A stretch of 64,000 nt of DNA from an uncultured Actinomycetota bacterium. GTDB taxonomy: Bacteria > Actinomycetota > Acidimicrobiia > Acidimicrobiales > Bog-793. This document shows positions 60,499 to 64,000 of this stretch, piece by piece. The stretch is from NCBI GenBank assembly GCA_963758515.1, contig CAVWVO010000001.1, positions 529,110 through 593,109 on the forward strand, given 5' to 3'. The notes under the pieces were generated by a model. It ran no database searches. It saw nothing but the letters and a program-made list of their open reading frames with translations, and was not told the origin of the DNA. Numbering within the stretch: position 1 is the first letter of the stretch; each line of letters opens with the position of its first letter. Position numbers and translations under genes: made by a program.

Positions 60499-61422
60499 GT
60501 GATCAGTCGGTCCCGGCGCCACCGGCACGACCACGCCGTCGCGGACGGTGGCAGGCGGAACCTCCTTTCCGCCCTGGCTCTCATCGTGGCGTTCATGGTC
60601 TGCGAGGTGGTGGCCGCCGTCCTTGCCGGCTCACTGGCCCTGCTGGCAGACGCCGGCCACATGTTGACCGACGCCGGAGCCCTCGCCGGCGCAGTATGGG
60701 CGACGCACCTGGCGGCGCGGCCTCCGACCGACAGGTACAGCTTCGGCTGGAAGCGGGCCGAGATCCTCTCGGCGGCGGTCAACGGGGTCACGCTCCTTGT
60801 CGTGGCAGTCCTCATCGCGTTCGACGCCATCCGCCGCCTGATCGTCCCGCCGCACGTGCACGGCCTCGTGCTTGTCGTAGTGGCCGGCGTCGGCGTCGGT
60901 GTCAACCTGGCGGCGACGATCATCCTCTCGGGCGCCAAGCGGACCTCGCTCAACCTGAAGGGTGCCTTCGCCCACATCCTGACGGACCTCTACGCCTTCC
61001 TCGGCACACTCGCCGCCGGCTTGGCCATAATCGCGACCGGCTATGAGCGGGCGGACCCGATCGCCTCGCTCCTTGTCGTCGCGCTGATGCTCCGCACGGC
61101 CTGGCAACTTCTCGTCGCCTCGGGTCGGGTCCTGCTCGAGGGCACGCCGGAGTCCGTCGATCTCGACGCCGTCCGCCGGCACCTCGGCGAGCTGCCCGAG
61201 GTCCTCGGGGTTCACGACGTGCACGCCTGGACCCTCACCTCGGACCTGCCCGTCCTGTCAGCCCACGTCGTGGTGGCAGACGCATGCCTCGCCGACGGGT
61301 CAGCAGGCGAGGTCATCGACCGGCTGCAGGACTGCCTGGTCGGCCATTTCGACGTGGAGCACTCCACGTTTCAACTCGAACCGGCCACCCACGTCGATCA
61401 CGAACGCCCGGGCCATGCATGA
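60499..61422 (+). CDS. cation diffusion facilitator family transporter (CzcD/ZitB-like)
   Basis: SLALLADAGHMLTDAG and AFAHILTDL are the HxxxD metal-site motifs. Six TM segments and a C-terminal cytoplasmic domain ending in a His-rich ...HVDHERPGHA are present. Confidence 0.9.
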   Translation: MISRSRRHRHDHAVADGGRRNLLSALALIVAFMVCEVVAAVLAGSLALLADAGHMLTDAGALAGAVWATHLAARPPTDRYSFGWKRAEILSAAVNGVTLLVVAVLIAFDAIRRLIVPPHVHGLVLVVVAGVGVGVNLAATIILSGAKRTSLNLKGAFAHILTDLYAFLGTLAAGLAIIATGYERADPIASLLVVALMLRTAWQLLVASGRVLLEGTPESVDLDAVRRHLGELPEVLGVHDVHAWTLTSDLPVLSAHVVVADACLADGSAGEVIDRLQDCLVGHFDVEHSTFQLEPATHVDHERPGHA

Positions 61423-61501
61423 GGGTTCGGCTGCGATACCTCCGGCGGCTGCGGGCGCCCGTCGGGGCTCCGGCAAAGATCACTCTGGCAAGCTGACAGC
61501 C

Positions 61502-62122
61502 ATGGTCGAGGAGCTGACGTCGCTCACGGTCGCCGATGCCGCCGCCTGGCGTCACTGGCTCTGTGAGCATCATCAGGAGCCGGCCGGCGTCTGGCTGACC
61601 CTTGCCAAGAAGGGGACGAGAGAGCCGACAAGCCTCAGCTACGACGAGGCCCTCGACGAGGCCCTCTGCCATGGCTGGATCGACGGCCAGGTCGCCCGCC
61701 GGGACGAGGCAACGTACCGCCAGCGCTTCACACCGAGGCGCTCGCGGAGCGTCTGGTCGAAGAACAACGTCGCGAGGGCGGAGGGTCTGATCGCCGCCGG
61801 TCGCATGCACGAAGCGGGCGCCTCCGAAGTAAAGCGGGCGAAAGCCGACGGCCGATGGGAGGCGGCCTACGCCGGCCAGGCTCAGATCGAGGTCCCCGAC
61901 GACCTCGCTGCCGCCCTTGCCGCCAACCCTGCCGCCAAAGCGATGTTCGACGTCCTCACGCGTCAGAACCGCTACGCCGTCCTTCTCAGGATCGGGGCCG
62001 CCAAGCGCCCCGAGACGCGCGCCCGCCGCATCGAAAGGTTCGTCTCTGAGCTCTCGAGTGGCAAGACGCCCCATCCGCAACGCGTCACCGGTAGCGGCAG
62101 CACAGGTCCTCGCCGGGCATAG
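61502..62122 (+). CDS. YdeI/OmpD-associated family protein
   Basis: ...AAWRHWLCEHHQEPAGVWLTLAKKG...SYDEALDEALCHGWIDGQ...RQRFTPRRSRSVWSK.N is typical of this family. Confidence 0.7.
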   Translation: MVEELTSLTVADAAAWRHWLCEHHQEPAGVWLTLAKKGTREPTSLSYDEALDEALCHGWIDGQVARRDEATYRQRFTPRRSRSVWSKNNVARAEGLIAAGRMHEAGASEVKRAKADGRWEAAYAGQAQIEVPDDLAAALAANPAAKAMFDVLTRQNRYAVLLRIGAAKRPETRARRIERFVSELSSGKTPHPQRVTGSGSTGPRRA

Positions 62123-62148
62123 AGGCGGCCGGCACCGGGGCGCGCCTG

Positions 62149-63162
62149 TCAGCAATGCAGCACGGCGGCACCCCTAACCCGGTCGTGGGCGAGATCCGCC
62201 AACGCCTCGTTTGCCTTCTCGAGCGGATATGGCGTCGTAGTCACACGAACGCCGATCCGCGCCGCCAGCCGGAGGAACTCCTCCCCATCGGCGCGGGTGT
62301 TCGCCGTCACGCTTCTGATCGACCGTTCCCCGAACAGGTGCTTGTCATATTTGAGCAGAGGGATAGCGCTCAGGTGGATGCCGGCGATCGAGAGGGTCCC
62401 GCCGCGGTCGAGGGCTTCGAGGCAGATCGGCACGAGCTCGCCGGCCGGAGCAAAGAGGAGCGCAGCGTCGAGGGGCTCAGGTGGCGCGTCATCCGCGCCG
62501 CCCGCACTGGCAGCGCCGAGCAGGAGAGCAAGAGCGCGTGCCTCGGGCGAACGGGTGAGGACATGGACGGTCGCCCCTTCGGCAAGCGCCACCTGGGCGG
62601 CGAGGTGTGCCGAGGCACCGAAGCCGTAGATCCCGAGCCTCCCGCCCGGCGGCAGCTCCGCACGACGGAGCGCCCTGTAACCGATGATCCCGGCACAGAG
62701 CAAGGGAGCGGCCGTCTCGTCGTCGAAGGCGTCGGGCAGTGAATAGACATACTCCTCCTCGGCAACAGCGAATTCGGCGTATCCGCCGTCCCGGTCCCAT
62801 CCGGTGAAAGCAGGCGCCGTGCAGAGGTTCTCCCGCCCGCTGACGCAGAACCGGCAGACGCCGCAGGTTCTCGCGAGCCACGCCACGCCGACGCGGGCCC
62901 CGACCCCGAAGCGCCCACTGCTTGCCGGCCCGAGGCGGTCGACGGTTCCGACTACCTCATGGCCCGGGATGGTCAGGTGGCCCCTCGGCCGGAGATCTCC
63001 CTCGGCGAGATGAAGGTCGGTCCGGCACACTCCACAGGTACGGACGCGCACCCGCAGCTGGCCCGGCCCCGGGTCGGGGATCGGCCGCTCCACCGGCGCA
63101 AGTGGATGGGAGTCGATCGGCCCGGGATCGTCGACGGCAAATGCGGCCATCGTGGCTGTCAT
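62149..63162 (-). CDS. zinc-binding alcohol dehydrogenase family protein
   Basis: VRTCGVCRTDLHLAEG..IPGHEVVG.., the structural-zinc cluster CGVCRFCVSGRENLC, and GFGASAH are present. The ATG overlaps the upstream stop (ATGA at 63159-63162). Confidence 0.85.
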   Translation of the reverse strand: MTATMAAFAVDDPGPIDSHPLAPVERPIPDPGPGQLRVRVRTCGVCRTDLHLAEGDLRPRGHLTIPGHEVVGTVDRLGPASSGRFGVGARVGVAWLARTCGVCRFCVSGRENLCTAPAFTGWDRDGGYAEFAVAEEEYVYSLPDAFDDETAAPLLCAGIIGYRALRRAELPPGGRLGIYGFGASAHLAAQVALAEGATVHVLTRSPEARALALLLGAASAGGADDAPPEPLDAALLFAPAGELVPICLEALDRGGTLSIAGIHLSAIPLLKYDKHLFGERSIRSVTANTRADGEEFLRLAARIGVRVTTTPYPLEKANEALADLAHDRVRGAAVLHC

Positions 63163-64000
63163 CGTGGCTCCTTTCGGTCCGCCCCGGACGCGATGGCGAG
63201 CACCTCGGGGTTGACGAGCGCCGGCGGCCGCTCCTTGCGAAGGGCCGCAAGGAGGTTCTCGGCTGCAAGCAACCCCATCGCCGTACGGGTGTCGACGGTC
63301 GCACTGCCGAGATGGGGAGAGAGGACGACTCGATCGTCTCTGAGCAGGCGGGGCTCGATGTCGGGCTCCCGCTCGTAGACGTCGAGGCCGGCGGCGAAGA
63401 TCACGCCGTCCTCGAGCGCGTCCGCCAGTGCCTTCTCGTCGACGACAGCGCCGCGGGAGGTGTTGACGAGCACCGCCGTCGGCTTCATCCGGCGGAGCTG
63501 TGGCGCCGAGATGAGGTGGCGGGTCGCGGGCGACAACGGGACATGAAGGCTGACGAAGTCCGACGCCGACAACACGTCGTCGAGGCTTGCCGCCTCGGCA
63601 CCCTCGAGCAGTTGGCCAGACGGGGCAGACCGACTGTGGAAGAGCACCCGCATCCCGAAACCTGACGCCCGGCGGGCGACGGCTCGGCCGATGCGCCCGA
63701 ACCCGATGATCCCGAGCGTCCTCGAGGACACGTCCCGGCCGAGCATGACTTCGGGTCCCCAGGCCCACCTCCGTCCCGAACGCAGCAGCCGGTCACCCTC
63801 CGCCACACGGCGTGCGGCCGCCATCATGAGCGCCCACGCCATGTCTGCTGTTGCCTCCGTCAGCACATCTGGGGTGTTGGTCACGAGTACGCCACGGCGG
63901 GTGCAGGCGACGAGATCGATGTTGTCGACGCCGACGGCGTAGTTGGACACCACGACGAGCTCGCTCCCGGCAGCCTCGAGCAGCTCGTCGTCCACCCTGT
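63159..64000 (-). CDS. D-isomer-specific 2-hydroxyacid dehydrogenase (glyoxylate/hydroxypyruvate reductase-like), N-terminus beyond the window
   Basis: ...VGVDNIDL.., GIIGFGRIGRAVA (NAD-binding), ..LVNTSRGAVVDE.., and ..SPHLGSAT.. are present. The reading frame continues to the window edge. Confidence 0.85.
   Translation of the reverse strand, partial: RVDDELLEAAGSELVVVSNYAVGVDNIDLVACTRRGVLVTNTPDVLTEATADMAWALMMAAARRVAEGDRLLRSGRRWAWGPEVMLGRDVSSRTLGIIGFGRIGRAVARRASGFGMRVLFHSRSAPSGQLLEGAEAASLDDVLSASDFVSLHVPLSPATRHLISAPQLRRMKPTAVLVNTSRGAVVDEKALADALEDGVIFAAGLDVYEREPDIEPRLLRDDRVVLSPHLGSATVDTRTAMGLLAAENLLAALRKERPPALVNPEVLAIASGADRKEPR

Overview
Very GC-rich, actinobacterial-type chromosomal segment. 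Indicators are a mec-cysO-cysM sulfur-carrier cysteine locus next to murI-rph-rdgB as in Mycobacterium, a mycothiol/DinB-type enzyme, and GAF-ANTAR regulators. It is densely packed with about 60 genes, mostly housekeeping or metabolic. These include a GT4 glycosyltransferase, an FGGY kinase, smpB plus tmRNA, satP-acs, NAD salvage genes (pncA/pncB), a polyamine/GABA-type catabolic cluster, uppP, gpx, arfB, a Ser/Thr kinase, several dehydrogenases, CapA, MATE, a Z-prenyl transferase, a DEAD-box helicase, TetR plus MFS, and a CDF transporter. I saw no transposase, integrase, CRISPR array, rRNA or tRNA. The most unusual element is a small secreted-looking protein (10066-10509) that is almost entirely a tandem pentapeptide repeat (GEAWN x13). 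Its repeat DNA differs only at synonymous positions, and it sits directly upstream of a multi-TM GGDEF-EAL signalling protein. The second striking property is that more than 30 reading-frame breaks of +/-1 nt are clustered in three roughly 2-3 kb blocks (about 3.6-7.3 kb, 21.2-23.0 kb, 35.7-38.6 kb), plus a few singletons. Long neighbouring genes of up to 924 aa are intact. Some breaks sit in G/C homopolymers, so assembly error is the leading explanation. Start coordinates are by-eye estimates. Product calls rest on recognised motifs in the supplied translations, not on database searches.
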